From the NCBI RefSeq assembly GCF_000143415.4, contig NW_003314264.1, positions 1,380,733 to 1,444,732 on the forward strand: a DNA stretch of 64,000 bases, in the 5' to 3' direction. Of this stretch, positions 36,943 through 49,201 are shown one piece after another. The DNA comes from Selaginella moellendorffii. Lineage: Eukaryota; Plantae; Lycopodiophyta. A program made the translations under genes and the position numbers. Below the pieces are notes generated by a model. That model had not been told where the DNA came from, searched no databases, and saw only the letters and a program-made list of their open reading frames with translations. How positions within the stretch are numbered: position 1 is the stretch's first letter; the number at the start of each line of letters is the position of its first letter.

Positions 36943-37289
36943 TAAATATCCCTTCCAGCCTTTAACAGTTCTTTGTGCAATTCGTTTGTAAGCTCCACAA
37001 AGTTGATATAAATTGAAAACTTTGTTTTTCAATATGTCACCATAGCAACCACCATATTAGTATATCCATGATGGATTCTACCACAATCATCTTAACATTC
37101 CTTAACCTTTTCACAAAAAGACATTTGCTTTCCATTTTATAATTTTTTTCATTAGTCTAAACAAAATGTTTTAGCCTTATTGCCATCTTCATTCATCAAA
37201 TCCATTAAGTAATGATATAAAATTGGCATGGGATAGTTTTTTTTTTATGGTATACTCATTTATTTATTTATGTTTGATTTAGAACATAT

Positions 37290-38460
37290 GGGGATCAAGT
37301 GAAATGCATTTAGGAGAGATTTTGTGATGTATTTCTAAATGAGTTACTTGATGGTTTACCTCTATAATATGAGATTCATTATAAAATTTAATTAGTTCCT
37401 AGGGTTACTCCTAATTATAAACTGACTTGTACTAGTCTTGCTGAAAATGAGGAGATTATTAAGGTAGCATATTGAGTATTTTTAAAATAAGTGGTTGTAA
37501 ATGAGCAAATCTCCTTGATCTACTTTAATACTAATGATCAAGTATATGATAGGTATATGATATCTTTGTGTAAATTACAAAGGATTCAATGATAAGATGC
37601 TGAAGAATATATTTCTAAACCCTTATCTCAATAAGTTGTTTAATAATTTTTATGTTGCTCGGTATTTTACGAATATTGATTTAAGGCAAGGGTACCATTA
37701 GATTTGTGTTTAATCAAAGAACATTCAAAAGATGACATTCTAGATAAATATGAGTTCTTACAGGTTTTTTATGATGTAATTTAGTTTAATAAATGCTCTT
37801 GCAATGTTTTAGAGATTGATAAATTAAGTTTTACAGCTTTATTTAGGGAAATTAATAATTATTTATCTTGTTTATATTCTAGTGTTTAGCTCTATAATGA
37901 AGGAACATGAAATTCCTTATTTAATATTAATGTATGGTATAAGAGTTGATTCTGCAAAGATATAAGTTATGTTTATTAATTTATGCCTTCGAAAATGCAT
38001 ATTGTTCAAGTTTTTCAATGGTTTATAAAAGATTTTTGGAGATAGTTGCTCCCTTAACTTATCTTCTCAAGAACATATTAAAACATGCTATTATTTGTGG
38101 TTGAGATAAAAGCTATTATGCTATATTTCAATGGTTAAAGCAATGTTGTATTTCTACTCTAGTATTGAAGCTCTTTAGTGGTTAAAACATATGCAAATGA
38201 CATTGTTATTATGGCTGTATTATTATATATATGAGCTTTAAATTTGATGCCATATAGTGGAATTAACCTACTTGAAACAAGGAGTTGTGATGATATTATC
38301 TGTAAGAATAAACTTTTATATGGATTCAAGATATCATTCTCTCCAATATTTTAGTTGTTAGAAAGATCTTTAAATCCACCTTACTCATTAGCAAGAGTTC
38401 CTTTAATACATGTATAGAATGTATACATATAACAATAAAGTGGCTAATACATTATTCAAG
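37290..38460 (+). mobile_element. Heavily decayed Ty3/gypsy retrotransposon pol (RT-RNaseH)
   Basis: Recoverable motifs DVF.NEL.DGLP, LVP, ARYFTNIDLRQGYH*I, YEF, F(S)L.NA(L)AMF*RL, YL..ILVFS, IVAPLT.LLK; many stops and frameshifts. Confidence 0.85.
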
Positions 38461-40499
38461 ATATCTTGTTTATTTAGGTATATTCTCTTTTCTCTTGTTT
38501 TGCTTTTTAGGTGTGGATCACAAGAAAAGCCCTCTATGCATAGAGAGAGAAATTTTAGATCTCTATATTTCTGATTAAATAAGACAACAATAGAAGGGGA
38601 AAGTGATTCACATACTTTAGAAAAGGAGATTTCTAAAGTTTCAATAATGCTTTAATGACTAATCAACTAAGAGGAGTGTTAGAAATGTATATTCTCCATG
38701 ACATTAGAGGTTTACATAGCAAGAGTTACTATATCACAAATCATAGTCATGACTCTTAAGCAGATATATATATAAGCATAAGTAATGATAATAAACCAAA
38801 GCTACATTATCCACACTATATATTTTGACATATACACTCTCTATGATATAAGAGGTTTATGTGGCAAAAGTTGTCATGTCATAAATCTATATTGGCAAGA
38901 GTTATAACTCTTGAGTAAATTATAAATAATTAAATTTTCTATTCTACTTTAGTCACTTAATCACACCTTTAACCACTTGAAGAAGTTTTATTCACAAGTC
39001 CTCATCCCAACTTGGGGCATTTATTAGTCAAAGATATAATTTCAAAACCACACAAACTTCACACATGGCCCAAGTGTTTTATGTGTTTAATTCTAACCAT
39101 CAACAAACTAACCTCTTACATTAAGGCTATATTCATTTTTATGATCTCATTAGTAGTCCAAGACTACTTATATCATAGTTTTATCTTTCCAAAACTAAGC
39201 CATTCATTCATAACATGATCATAACTTAATATCTCTATGAGATATAAGGAATATCATCCCCCAATATCCTTTCTTCAATACCTATCAAATCCCTCTTTAT
39301 TTATAATAGTGTTCATTAACACCACCACAAGTTTAAAGTTCAAAAGCCCATCCACTAAGTTTTATTAACATCTAAGATTTTTTCGCCATATAATTATACC
39401 TTTGGTCATTAAGGAAGAGGATCATTCCTTTTCTTTTCCACAATCCAAAACTTTGAAATAACATTTGAAAACACTATAGTTTAAAATGAGCTTCATGGGT
39501 ACTCCCCTCATCTTTTGCCACTAAAGTGCCCTAGCCATATGGGTAGAGTGAAGTTCTGATGAACCATATAAGATATCAAAGTAATTAATACCACCCACAT
39601 TTAGATTAGGAGCATTAATCATTCAATCTTTTAAAGGAGTTAGAGTTGACTTTTGAATGCTTCACTGAGTCATTTTATTTGTCTATTCATATTCACTTTA
39701 GGCTTAGACTCTATAGTAGTTATATCCATATAAGTATAACCTTCCTTAGTCATATTGCTTCTTTAACTCTATTAATTCCACTAGAGTCTTCCCTTTATTA
39801 TTTTACATGGACTTATTAAACATTTTATAGGTTAGGAAACAATTGTTTTAAGCTTTCAATTTTGGACTCAAATCCAAACTTTGGGCTTGGACTTGGACAC
39901 AGTCTCGAATAAGGTTTTAAACCTAGACTTGGTCTTTAACTAAGTCTCAAACCCAATTTCAAACTTTTCTTTTATCCTTTTCCAGAAATTCATTTATCAA
40001 TCACTTCATACTCATATTTTAAACACTTCTTTAGGAGTTTTATTCGCATTCTCAACTTTTTAAGTTGGAACTTTTTGTCTAAATGTGTTACATTCATTAG
40101 ACTTTCACTTTGGTCACTACCACTTTGTTAACATTTAACTCCACTTTAGGATTTAGGGATTTATTTCTTACATAAATATATATATATAGACATGAGCCAT
40201 AACAATATATATTGTCCACACTACACTTCCACTATGTCTTGACAAAATCTCATCCTTCTGAACATCATGGCAACATCATGATACCCAAGCAAATAAAGTT
40301 GATTATGTCCTGTATCTTAGCTGAGAAGAATGAGAGCTCACTCCTCAATAAGGAGATCCTCTGTCCACTTATGGACTTTACATCTCTCCAGAAACTGATC
40401 CTTCTGTATTAGCTTGTGTAATGCAGGTCAAGAAGGATGAACAAAGAATCATTTGTGCTCGGCTATGGAAAACATAATGAGAAAACAAATTAAGTAAAA

Positions 40500-42290
40500 G
40501 TCATCCAAGCCAAGTCATTCAAGAACTTATGAAGACTGTTGATCTTGACAGCCAAAGTTCCAGCCTTCGCTATATGATATGCTCCAACCTCATATTCCGT
40601 GCCAGCTTCTGGCATTTGTTCATCATTACTTTTGTCTTCCCAGAATTCTCACATCAATCACCCTCTTAAGCACATCGTCTCATGCCTTACCTCTCTCAAT
40701 CAAACTATCACCTCCTCCTCTTCCCAGTCTTACCAGCATTCTCCATCTAGAGCCACTCCTTGTGCACTTCACTAAAGATCTCACCGTTTCCTCATCACCC
40801 AGCCAAATTGCAACTTCAACCAGCTCCCTCATGTTGCATCCACACTTCTCAAACGTGCCTGAAAAGAGCTCCAAGAAGAGCCATGTAACCTTCTCATTCT
40901 TCTTCACCCCAAACAGCCCGGCCACTTCATGCTCACCACAGTTTTCTTTAGATTCACCCATCTCACTCTGGTTTTCACATCTCCATGGAACTTCTCTGAT
41001 GAAAGCTCTGATACCATGAAAGCAGAGGATGGGTACATATATATAGAAACTACTGCCACGTCTCGTGATCCACATCAGCACATCTCCGCTACTTATCTCA
41101 ATGCCTCTCCTTGCAAATGCCATGGCAGCGTCATGACACCCTTGAAACTCGAGGTCCACTGCTTTCGAAAGCTTTCTCCTTCCTTCTTTCTGGAGCTTAT
41201 CCAGTTTTTGTAGCTTTCCATCTCTTCCATCTCTTCCCTCTTCATATAGACGGAACTTGAGGCCTCCACGATATCCAAAGCCCTGGTGCTGCTTGGTTGA
41301 TCTTCCTGCTTGTTCCTCCCATGAAGCCTTGCAGACTTCCAGCTTCTTCTCCCAAAACTCTTCCATCCGAGGAACGCTGCTCTCTCCCCACTTCTTCACT
41401 ACCCGGACCAAGCATCTAGCGAGAAAGAGAGACACAGCAGGTGCCATGCTCACAATCTTCAATGCCTCCCTGTCATATCCACACTCGACGAAAAATTCCA
41501 GCAAGCGTGCCAAGAACTCGCCACTCTTGCAAACTTAATCCTCGCCCAGCAGCTTTTCTGCGAAGACCACCGCATCCTGCAAGCCACTCTCTCGCAGGCG
41601 CTCCGCAAAGCTTATAATTCCCGGCTTCTTATCTTTGCTCTCCGAGAGGCCCGGCTCAATCGCTCCGCTGTAGCATTCGTCCCATCCATACTTTTGCACC
41701 TGTTTCCATGAGATCAATCCCCTAATTCCTCATGACCGAGAAGGCCGCGTCACGAAAGTCGTGCTTGACACACCGTCCCACGCGTCACCTCGGACAGCTT
41801 GTGCTCGCAATCGCAGAAGAACACCGTCTGGAAGTAGCCCGTCCTTGAAGCAGCGCCAGAGAAATCAAAAGCCACACTCTTCGCGGATCTCCAGCTCGCC
41901 ACCCTCGTGCCCAAACTGCATCGGGCTGCAAGATCATCGTCCCAAACATGCAATCTTCCTTCTCGGTGTCCCTGTGGAACTTGAAGTGGCCACCATGTTC
42001 GTACAACAGCAGCTTGTACGGTCTCACGTCCAGACCAAGCGCAGCGGCGTCGATCTCCATCTCCTCCATGTGACCAAGTCGAGGACCACCTTGGAGAACA
42101 AGTCTGGGACTTGGGGGCAGCTCACCTTGGACGCTTCGACTTGCCGGCGTCGAGGATGGTTTGATCGCCCTTGCCGAAGGGCGCTGGGGAAGCCAAAAGA
42201 GGGAGGGCAAGATCTCCATGCCCACCTCCGGCATGGCGAATTTGGTTGTGTCCTGTGGCACAATCCTGTGGCCTCGTCAGTTGCTGTGAT
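40500..42290 (-). pseudogene. Pseudogene copy of the 2OG-Fe(II) oxygenase gene with deletions and frameshifts
   Basis: YKLLLYEHGGHFKFHRDTEKEDCMFGTMILQ, FDFSGAASRTGYFQTVFF, KYGWDECYS, EEFWEKKLEV shared with 46068-48728. Confidence 0.9.
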
Positions 42291-42742
42291 TCTTCTTTAG
42301 AGAAGCGCTCATCTGCAAAGGGAGACCAAGAAGGAACCAGTTCTTAGTTCTCCATAAGTTTCTTGGCTTATTAGAGTTTTAAAACAGCGCCTCTCACGCT
42401 ATCTAGTTGTTCTTTATCTTCTAGAAACTTAGAACTCTCTCCTCGTCGTATCCTCGGGCATCTTGCCACTTCGCTTGTTATTGGCAGAGCAATTCTTGGA
42501 TCATAACTGGCCCTGCGGAGGAGGAAGAAGTAGTAGAAGAAGAAAGGGATGGTTCTTCTTTCCTGGAGAAACCTCCAGCTCGAGCTACCAAGATCGATAG
42601 AGATATCTTCCGTGGGCTCAACGTCGACAAAACAAGCCCAAAAAATGTAATTTGTTCCCATAGATTCCAATATTGAAATAAATTTTGTCTCCAAGTTCTT
42701 AGCAATTTAGAGACGAGATGGGAGGAAGAGAGAGATTTTAGG

Positions 42743-44998
42743 ATGATGCGAAGCCTGGGAGGTACGGCGGCGGTACTAGATCATCATCCCGGCGATGGGC
42801 TGGAGAATGCGAGGATGGATTTTGGGAAGCACAAGGGCGAGCTCATGGTGGAGCTGCCCGATAGCTACTTGGCTTGGATCTCCCGGCGGCGCAAAGGGCG
42901 ACTGGCGTTGTGGGCGCCGCTGGCGGACAGGGTCTTGCACGAGCGCCACTCTTCGACTTGTTCTTCTTCTCGGCCGCCCGGAGGTAAGGTTCTGGGTTGC
43001 GAGGAGGGCGACGAAGTGGATCCGATCGATGGGTTTAGCCTTGGAGCAGCGGTGGCGCTCTTTGGATGGTGTCCGGAGATCTCCGCTAGCGATGAGACAT
43101 CTCCAGGGAAAGACGATGCAGGAAGAACTTTAGAAAGCGATGGAGGAGATATTTTGGATTCGAATGAAAGAAGAGAAGGGACCGATGGAAACCAAGAGAA
43201 AAAGAAAAGCTCTCTCCACCATGAGTTTAACAAGATTTTTCGGAAGCCTTGGAAGAATGTGGACCAAGGAAGCACTCTCTCCAGGCTTGGCAAGCTTGTG
43301 GTGGAGCTCCAAAGATCCGGGAACTCCACTGCTCGAAGAAAGCCCAGGCAAAAGCTCTACCGGGATCATGATCACGGGAATTCACGAGCGAAGAGGATGG
43401 TCTTTTCTCCGAGCTCCAAGCATCATGGAGACCAAGAACACCATGACAACGCCAAAGCCCTCGATAGATTGGCAGGATTGGTGGCGAGGTTTGATAGCCG
43501 GGGGCACAAATCCAGCGGTTGCTACGCCGATTTCATCCGCTGGTGTGGAGACACCGGAGCCGTGATGGATGGCAAGTTCGTCCACGGCCACCTCGCGAGC
43601 TCCCACCGCAAGAACGAGAAGTTCTTGCTAAACTTGCTGGTGGAGATGTATGGCAAGTGGAGAGACACGCTCCAAGCCCGGGCAGTGTTTGACGCGATCA
43701 AGCGTAAAAACGTTTTCTCGTGGAACACGATGCTGCAAGTCTACGTCCAGAACGATCGTCCCCGCGACGCGATCGAGCTCTTCCGAGCGATGGATTTGGA
43801 AGGCGTGGTGGCGCCAAACAAGCTCACATTCTTTGCTCTAATCGAGGCTTTCTCGGCCATGAGTGATGATCTCGACGATCGCGATCGAGATCGAGAGATC
43901 CAGGGCGATAGAGCTCGAGCCATCCGGGCTCTGGGAGATCGGATCGAGAGCAGTGGGTTTGGATCCGACCCATTCCTCGCGACTGGCCTCGTCAATCTCT
44001 ACGGCAAGAGTGGGTTGGTGGACGAGGCGGTGGGGGCGCTGGATCGAATGCGCAGGGGCGACCGCGACGTGATCGCCTGGACCACCGCGATCGCGGCGCT
44101 GGCAAGGAACCGCGAGTTCCCGGCCGCGATCCACCTCTTCCGGGAGATGGCGCTCGAGGGCGCGCGCGCAAACAATCTCACGCTCCTGGCGGCGCTGGAT
44201 GCTTGCGCAGGGCAGCGGGATCCCCGGAGTGGCGCTGTGATCCACGCCGCGGCCGTGGAGCTGGGATTCCAATCCAATGCCATCGTCGGCACCTCCATCG
44301 CCCACATGTACGCGAAGTGTGGCGATCTCGATCGCGCTAGCGCCGCCTTCGCGGGGATCACCGTCAAGGATTCCGTGGCGTGGAACACGATCATCGCCGC
44401 CCACGTCGAGAATCGCCGGCCCCGCGAAGCCCTCGACCTCTTCGAATCGATGCTCGAGAAGCATTCTTCTTCTTTCTCTTCGAGTTCTTTGAGTTCTTCG
44501 CTAGCGCGGCCCAACGCCGTGACTTTCATGGCGGCGCTGGATGCATGCTCGCTCGCGGAGGCGCCGCTGGGCCATGGGCGATCGATCCACGCGAGGATCC
44601 GCGGGGCGGGCCTGGAATCCAACGTGCTCGTCGCGAATTCGCTTGTGGATATGTACGTGAAATGCGGGAGCCTGGGCGAGGCGAGGGGAGTGTTTGACGC
44701 GATCGAAGCTCCCACTGTGGCGTCCTTCACTGCGATCATCTCCGGCTATGCTTATCAGGGCGACGCGGAGGAGGCGCTGGCGCTCTTCCGCCGGATGCAG
44801 CACGAAGGGATCGTCCCCAATCACGTCACCTTTGTCGTCGTGCTCTTCGTCTGTAGCCACCGGGGACTGATCGAGGAGGGATGGCGGCAGTACGGTTCCA
44901 TGGCCACCGACTATGGGATCGCCCCCACGAAGGAACACTGGGATTGCGTGCTAGATCTCTTTGCTCTTTTGAAAAACAGGGGAGGGAAAAACCCTTAA
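42743..44998 (+). CDS. Chimeric PLS-class PPR protein with an N-terminal FGKHKG (DUF3820/ExoX-C-like) domain; E domain truncated
   Basis: 751-aa intronless ORF; MDFGKHKGELMVELPDSYLAWIS..W..LAD.VL; P-L-S repeats from ~aa 255; ends shortly after PTKEHWDCVLDLF. Confidence 0.85.
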   Translation: MMRSLGGTAAVLDHHPGDGLENARMDFGKHKGELMVELPDSYLAWISRRRKGRLALWAPLADRVLHERHSSTCSSSRPPGGKVLGCEEGDEVDPIDGFSLGAAVALFGWCPEISASDETSPGKDDAGRTLESDGGDILDSNERREGTDGNQEKKKSSLHHEFNKIFRKPWKNVDQGSTLSRLGKLVVELQRSGNSTARRKPRQKLYRDHDHGNSRAKRMVFSPSSKHHGDQEHHDNAKALDRLAGLVARFDSRGHKSSGCYADFIRWCGDTGAVMDGKFVHGHLASSHRKNEKFLLNLLVEMYGKWRDTLQARAVFDAIKRKNVFSWNTMLQVYVQNDRPRDAIELFRAMDLEGVVAPNKLTFFALIEAFSAMSDDLDDRDRDREIQGDRARAIRALGDRIESSGFGSDPFLATGLVNLYGKSGLVDEAVGALDRMRRGDRDVIAWTTAIAALARNREFPAAIHLFREMALEGARANNLTLLAALDACAGQRDPRSGAVIHAAAVELGFQSNAIVGTSIAHMYAKCGDLDRASAAFAGITVKDSVAWNTIIAAHVENRRPREALDLFESMLEKHSSSFSSSSLSSSLARPNAVTFMAALDACSLAEAPLGHGRSIHARIRGAGLESNVLVANSLVDMYVKCGSLGEARGVFDAIEAPTVASFTAIISGYAYQGDAEEALALFRRMQHEGIVPNHVTFVVVLFVCSHRGLIEEGWRQYGSMATDYGIAPTKEHWDCVLDLFALLKNRGGKNP

Positions 44999-45035
44999 TT
45001 TAAGAACCCTAAAAAGGTGACAATCTAGTTTCTAG

Positions 45036-45794
45036 ATGTGGTTCTTGCATCGTCAAAATCAGGGCTTCCATTCGGGAGGCATGGAATGGAGCTCTTCTTA
45101 TATGTTCTTCTTCGTAGCCATCGGTTTTATCTCTTCTTTTGTGGTAAAAAGGGAGATGTGTGCAGATCTTTGGAGCAATTCAACAAGGTGTTGGATGCTT
45201 TCACCCGAAGAACTTCCTTGTGAGTGAATCAATTTTGAAAGATCCAAATGTACACCAGAAAACTGAAGTTGTGAAACACAGATTGGCAAAGGGGACTTTC
45301 ACTGTTTTATCTTGACAGGTTATTCCAGTGGACTCTTCTCCTTGAGCAGAACTTTGCAAAAGATTTGAAGAAGGTGCTGCTCAGTTTCGAGAGGATACAA
45401 AGCTGGAAAACAACGACTCTGAGGAGGTTTGTATATACTTGCATTGGATCTCTCTCAGGCTTTATGGTGCTACTTTTGTGAGGCTGATTTAGAGGAGGCT
45501 CGTCATTTTCTTAGCAGATGGTTGGATTTTCTAAAGGAAGAAGCATTCTTCTATGCTTCCTTATATGCTGGGCTTTACTACGAAGCTTTGGTACATACTG
45601 TTTGTAATGTTTTTCGAAACCTTTCGCTGCTTTTTTTGCTGAAATCAGGGAGAATTGGAACCAGCAAAGTCCGCTACTGTGTCTGCGTGTGAAAGCAGCT
45701 ACACGGATCAACGTAAGAATCATAACGAAAAGTAATCGTTCATACAGGGCCCGAGATTATATGGTGTCTGTGTGAAACACGCAAATGGTGCTAG
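45036..45794 (+). pseudogene. Pseudogene copy of the NlpI-like TPR gene
   Basis: Collinear with 54232-55441 but lacks the 5' exon part, the exon-1 donor and the whole TGKDSRAYM exon; frameshifts present. Confidence 0.85.
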
Positions 45795-46067
45795 TTCGGC
45801 CTTGCGGTTGCAGCTGCGCGATGCGGAGTTACTTTCTTCGAAGCTGAAATGCCTCTTGAAAGGGATCAGGTTCTCTCCCATAGACGAGGGTGTGCGAAGT
45901 GGAACTGTAAGAAGCACGAAGAGCTCCACTTTTGCGACCCAAGAAGCGTTCCGGAAGCAAAGTCGTTTGCAAAAAACCTAGGAGAGTGATTCATGTGTAT
46001 AGCCGATGACAGTCTACATGATTGCATTCTCTTAAACAAGATTAATAAAGAAAAAGATCTCAAGCGT

Positions 46068-48728
46068 TCACACCAACTCGTTCAAGAGCTTACGAAGGCT
46101 CTCGATCTTGGCAGGCGAGGTTTCTAGCATTTGCTCATACTCGACACGCTCCAGCCTTGGGTTTGGCTTCTGGCGTTTGTTTGTGTTCTTATGTTCTTCA
46201 TCGCTGCTGATCACCTCTTCATCGCCGGACAGGTAGCTAATTCGAGCATGGATCACCTCTCTCAACGCATCCCTAGAAACATCGTCCCATTCCTTGGCTC
46301 TCTCGATCAAACTACTGTCGATCCAAATTGTTCTTCGAAGTCTCGCAGGCGGGTCGTCCATAAGTGCTAGAGAACCTCTTCTTATGAGCTTAACTAGAGA
46401 TTTCACCATTTTCTCATCGCCCAGCCATATCGCAGCTTCAAGCAGCTCCTTACTCTCGCATCCACACTTCTCGAACGCGCATGACAATAGCTCCAAGAAG
46501 AGCTGCGTCACCTTTTCATCTTCCTTCAAGCCAAACAGCCCTGCCGCTTTCTTCATGCTCACCACCGTTTCTTCTAGATTATCGCTCTTCTTCACAGCTT
46601 CATGAAACTTCTCGTCCTGAGCCAAGAGCAGCACAAATGCCTCCTCGCTACTAATTTTCATGTCTACGCAGCCAAAGATCTCCTCGAGGCTAATATCCTT
46701 GATAAAGCTCTTCCTTGCGAAGGCCATTGCAGCATCATGACACCCTTCAGACTCGAGTTTCACCGCAAAGTCCGCAACCTCTCCCAAAAACTCTCTCCTT
46801 CCTTTTTGCTGGAGCTTAGCCAGCTTTTCCTTCTTTTCCTTCTCTCTGTCACTTTTTTTTAAACTGTAATACCCATATCCATAGTCAAGCTCTTCTGCTC
46901 GTTTTTCCCACGAAGCCTCGTAGATTTCCAGCTTCTTCTCCCAAAATTCTTCGATGCGAGAGAAGCTGCTCTCTCCCCACTTCTTCACTACCTGGACCAA
47001 ACAGCTACAAGAAAAATAAGAAACCGCCGGTGCGATGCTCACAATCTTCCATGTCTCATCATCACGTCCACACTCGACGAAAAAGCCCAGCAAGCATGTC
47101 AAGAACGCGTGGTCCTTGCAAACTTGATCATCGGCCAGCAGCTTCTGAGCGAAGATCACAGCCGCGTCCTGCAAGCCACTCTGTCTTAGATGCTCCGCAA
47201 ACCTTAGAACCTCCGGCCACTTATTTTTCTCTTCCAAGAGCCCCTCAATCACCCTGCTATAGCATTCGTCCCATCCATACTTGTGAACCGCTGCAACCAT
47301 AGCCTGTGATGTTTCCATGAGCTTAATCCCCCAGTTCTTCATCACCAAGAATGCTGCGTCACGAAAGTCGTGCCTGACGCAAAACTCTAGCAGAGTTTCA
47401 AAAGACTTCTTGTATTCACTTGGGCCTCTGCTTTCCAAGGCAGATATGTATCTCTCTAAATCGCCGCTCGTCCGGCCAGGCTCGCGTTCGTGCTGCTCCT
47501 CGAGCAAGGTGACTACACATCTGACTGGCTGTCTGTTGCATAGCACGTCCACTATGTGCTCCTTCGGCCACACTAACAGAGCCGCGGTGTGATAAAACGA
47601 GTTTTTGTCACCGCCAGCATTCCCATTGTATGGTTCGTATTCCTTAGCATCTGGTGAACCGCCGAAAGGATCTTTGTCGGAATCCTGGCACCTCACGACC
47701 TCTGTGTCTAAATCCAAGCAACAGTCCCGGAAGTGCTCCAGTTTTCGACCATCTATCGCTGTCCAGTTCTTGACGCTGTAGTTCGTCTTGAAGCTGTCAA
47801 ACACTTCGTTACGAGTCTTCTGCTTTACAATCGTGCAAAGATGGACGTCGAGAAAGCTTGTGCAGCTCAGCACAAGCGCCGCCACAACCCTGTCGTGTCC
47901 CCTGAGCCCCGCAAAGCTGAAGCTGTTGTTTGAGTACTTGTGACCAAGCGGAATCGCGAGCATCAGTGATGGCGTTCTCCTGGCCCATTCCTTCAGCTGG
48001 CTTTGAACGCTTCTCACTGTTGACAAGTAGTGTGGAACTTTTCCTGCATCCACGTCTAGAAACTTTGCATTGCTGCGCACCAGGCTAAACACAAGGCAGA
48101 GCCTCGTCCCGCTCGTCACCTCGGCCAGCCTGTGATCGCAATCGCTGAAGAAAACCGTCTGGAAGTAGCCCGTCCTCGAAGCAGCACCAGAGAAATCAAA
48201 AGCTACACCCTTCTTCCCGTGACGAATTTCCAGCGCACCGCCCTCGTGCCCGGACTGCGTAGGGAGCTGCAAGATCATCGTCCCAAACATGCCGTCTTCC
48301 TTCTCGGTATCCTTGTGAAACTTGAAGTGGCCACCCCGTTCGTACAGCAGCAGCTTATAAAGTCTCACGTCCAAGCCAAGCGCGGCGGCGTCGATCCCCA
48401 GCTCCTCCATCGCGGGAACGGCCAAGTTGAGCACCACCGCCGAGAAAAAGTCTGGCATCTGGGGGCAGCTCACCTTGGACGCTTCGACTTGCCATGCGCG
48501 GCGGATGGTGGTGTCGAACAGCGTTTGGTCGCCCTTGCCGTAGGGTGCTTGCTGCGACACAGCCTTGAGCTTGAGGAAGCCATCGCTGGAGAGAGGGAGG
48601 GCGAGATCCCCAGCTCCCTCCACTCGCAAGGAGGTGGGCATGGGGAATTTGGTTCCATCGACCTCGCCTCCACTAGCAAACTTTGGGCGAGAAGACCACA
48701 GTACTTTGAGAAGCGCCTCGTAGTCCAT
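46068..48728 (-). CDS. 2OG-Fe(II) oxygenase (prolyl-hydroxylase-like fold) with a long helical C-terminal region
   Basis: 886-aa intronless ORF; APYGKGDQTLFDT.IRRAWQ, YKLLLYERGGHFKFHKDTEK (HxD), HEGGALEIRH, FFSDCDHRLAEVTSGTRLCLVFSL (distal H and R), NGNAG...YHTAALLVWP. Confidence 0.9.
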   Translation of the reverse strand: MDYEALLKVLWSSRPKFASGGEVDGTKFPMPTSLRVEGAGDLALPLSSDGFLKLKAVSQQAPYGKGDQTLFDTTIRRAWQVEASKVSCPQMPDFFSAVVLNLAVPAMEELGIDAAALGLDVRLYKLLLYERGGHFKFHKDTEKEDGMFGTMILQLPTQSGHEGGALEIRHGKKGVAFDFSGAASRTGYFQTVFFSDCDHRLAEVTSGTRLCLVFSLVRSNAKFLDVDAGKVPHYLSTVRSVQSQLKEWARRTPSLMLAIPLGHKYSNNSFSFAGLRGHDRVVAALVLSCTSFLDVHLCTIVKQKTRNEVFDSFKTNYSVKNWTAIDGRKLEHFRDCCLDLDTEVVRCQDSDKDPFGGSPDAKEYEPYNGNAGGDKNSFYHTAALLVWPKEHIVDVLCNRQPVRCVVTLLEEQHEREPGRTSGDLERYISALESRGPSEYKKSFETLLEFCVRHDFRDAAFLVMKNWGIKLMETSQAMVAAVHKYGWDECYSRVIEGLLEEKNKWPEVLRFAEHLRQSGLQDAAVIFAQKLLADDQVCKDHAFLTCLLGFFVECGRDDETWKIVSIAPAVSYFSCSCLVQVVKKWGESSFSRIEEFWEKKLEIYEASWEKRAEELDYGYGYYSLKKSDREKEKKEKLAKLQQKGRREFLGEVADFAVKLESEGCHDAAMAFARKSFIKDISLEEIFGCVDMKISSEEAFVLLLAQDEKFHEAVKKSDNLEETVVSMKKAAGLFGLKEDEKVTQLFLELLSCAFEKCGCESKELLEAAIWLGDEKMVKSLVKLIRRGSLALMDDPPARLRRTIWIDSSLIERAKEWDDVSRDALREVIHARISYLSGDEEVISSDEEHKNTNKRQKPNPRLERVEYEQMLETSPAKIESLRKLLNELV

Positions 48729-49201
48729 GAAATAAACCCTAAAACAGATTACTAGTAATTGCCCATGATTAGAGGTTCATAAATAAGTAATAAACTTTGG
48801 TTTTTCGAGCACTGGACTTTGCTGAAGTCCACAAGTGCTGCGTGTGCCGAGTTGCATTCTTCCATCCTGAATGCAAAGGGGCAGACAATTGTATCCAGGT
48901 CCGGCTAGGAATTAAGCTCCATAGCCTGAGAGATTGCAGCTATGAAACCGGAAACCATTACACTGCAATGAGAGCCACACTTGGATGAGAAATGCACCTC
49001 TCCCATCAGCATCCGCGCGTTGCCATAACCTAGCCTAGACTGTGGAGCCAGCCAAGTCAGGGGTGCATTGGCCTTTCAAACAGAACTATGCTAGTTTACA
49101 AAGAGAAAAGAGGATGGGAAGAAGCTTTCACAGAAACCATAAGTCTTCATCCCAAACTTTCATCCTAGATCTTGAGATAAAAGAGAAACTCAGCACTCCT
49201 T

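Noticed and set aside
42371-42705. 107-aa minus-strand ORF upstream of the chimeric PPR
   Set aside because: Non-ATG start, low complexity, no recognisable homology.
43838-44938. Minus-strand ORFs within the chimeric PPR
   Set aside because: Shadow frames with no motifs.
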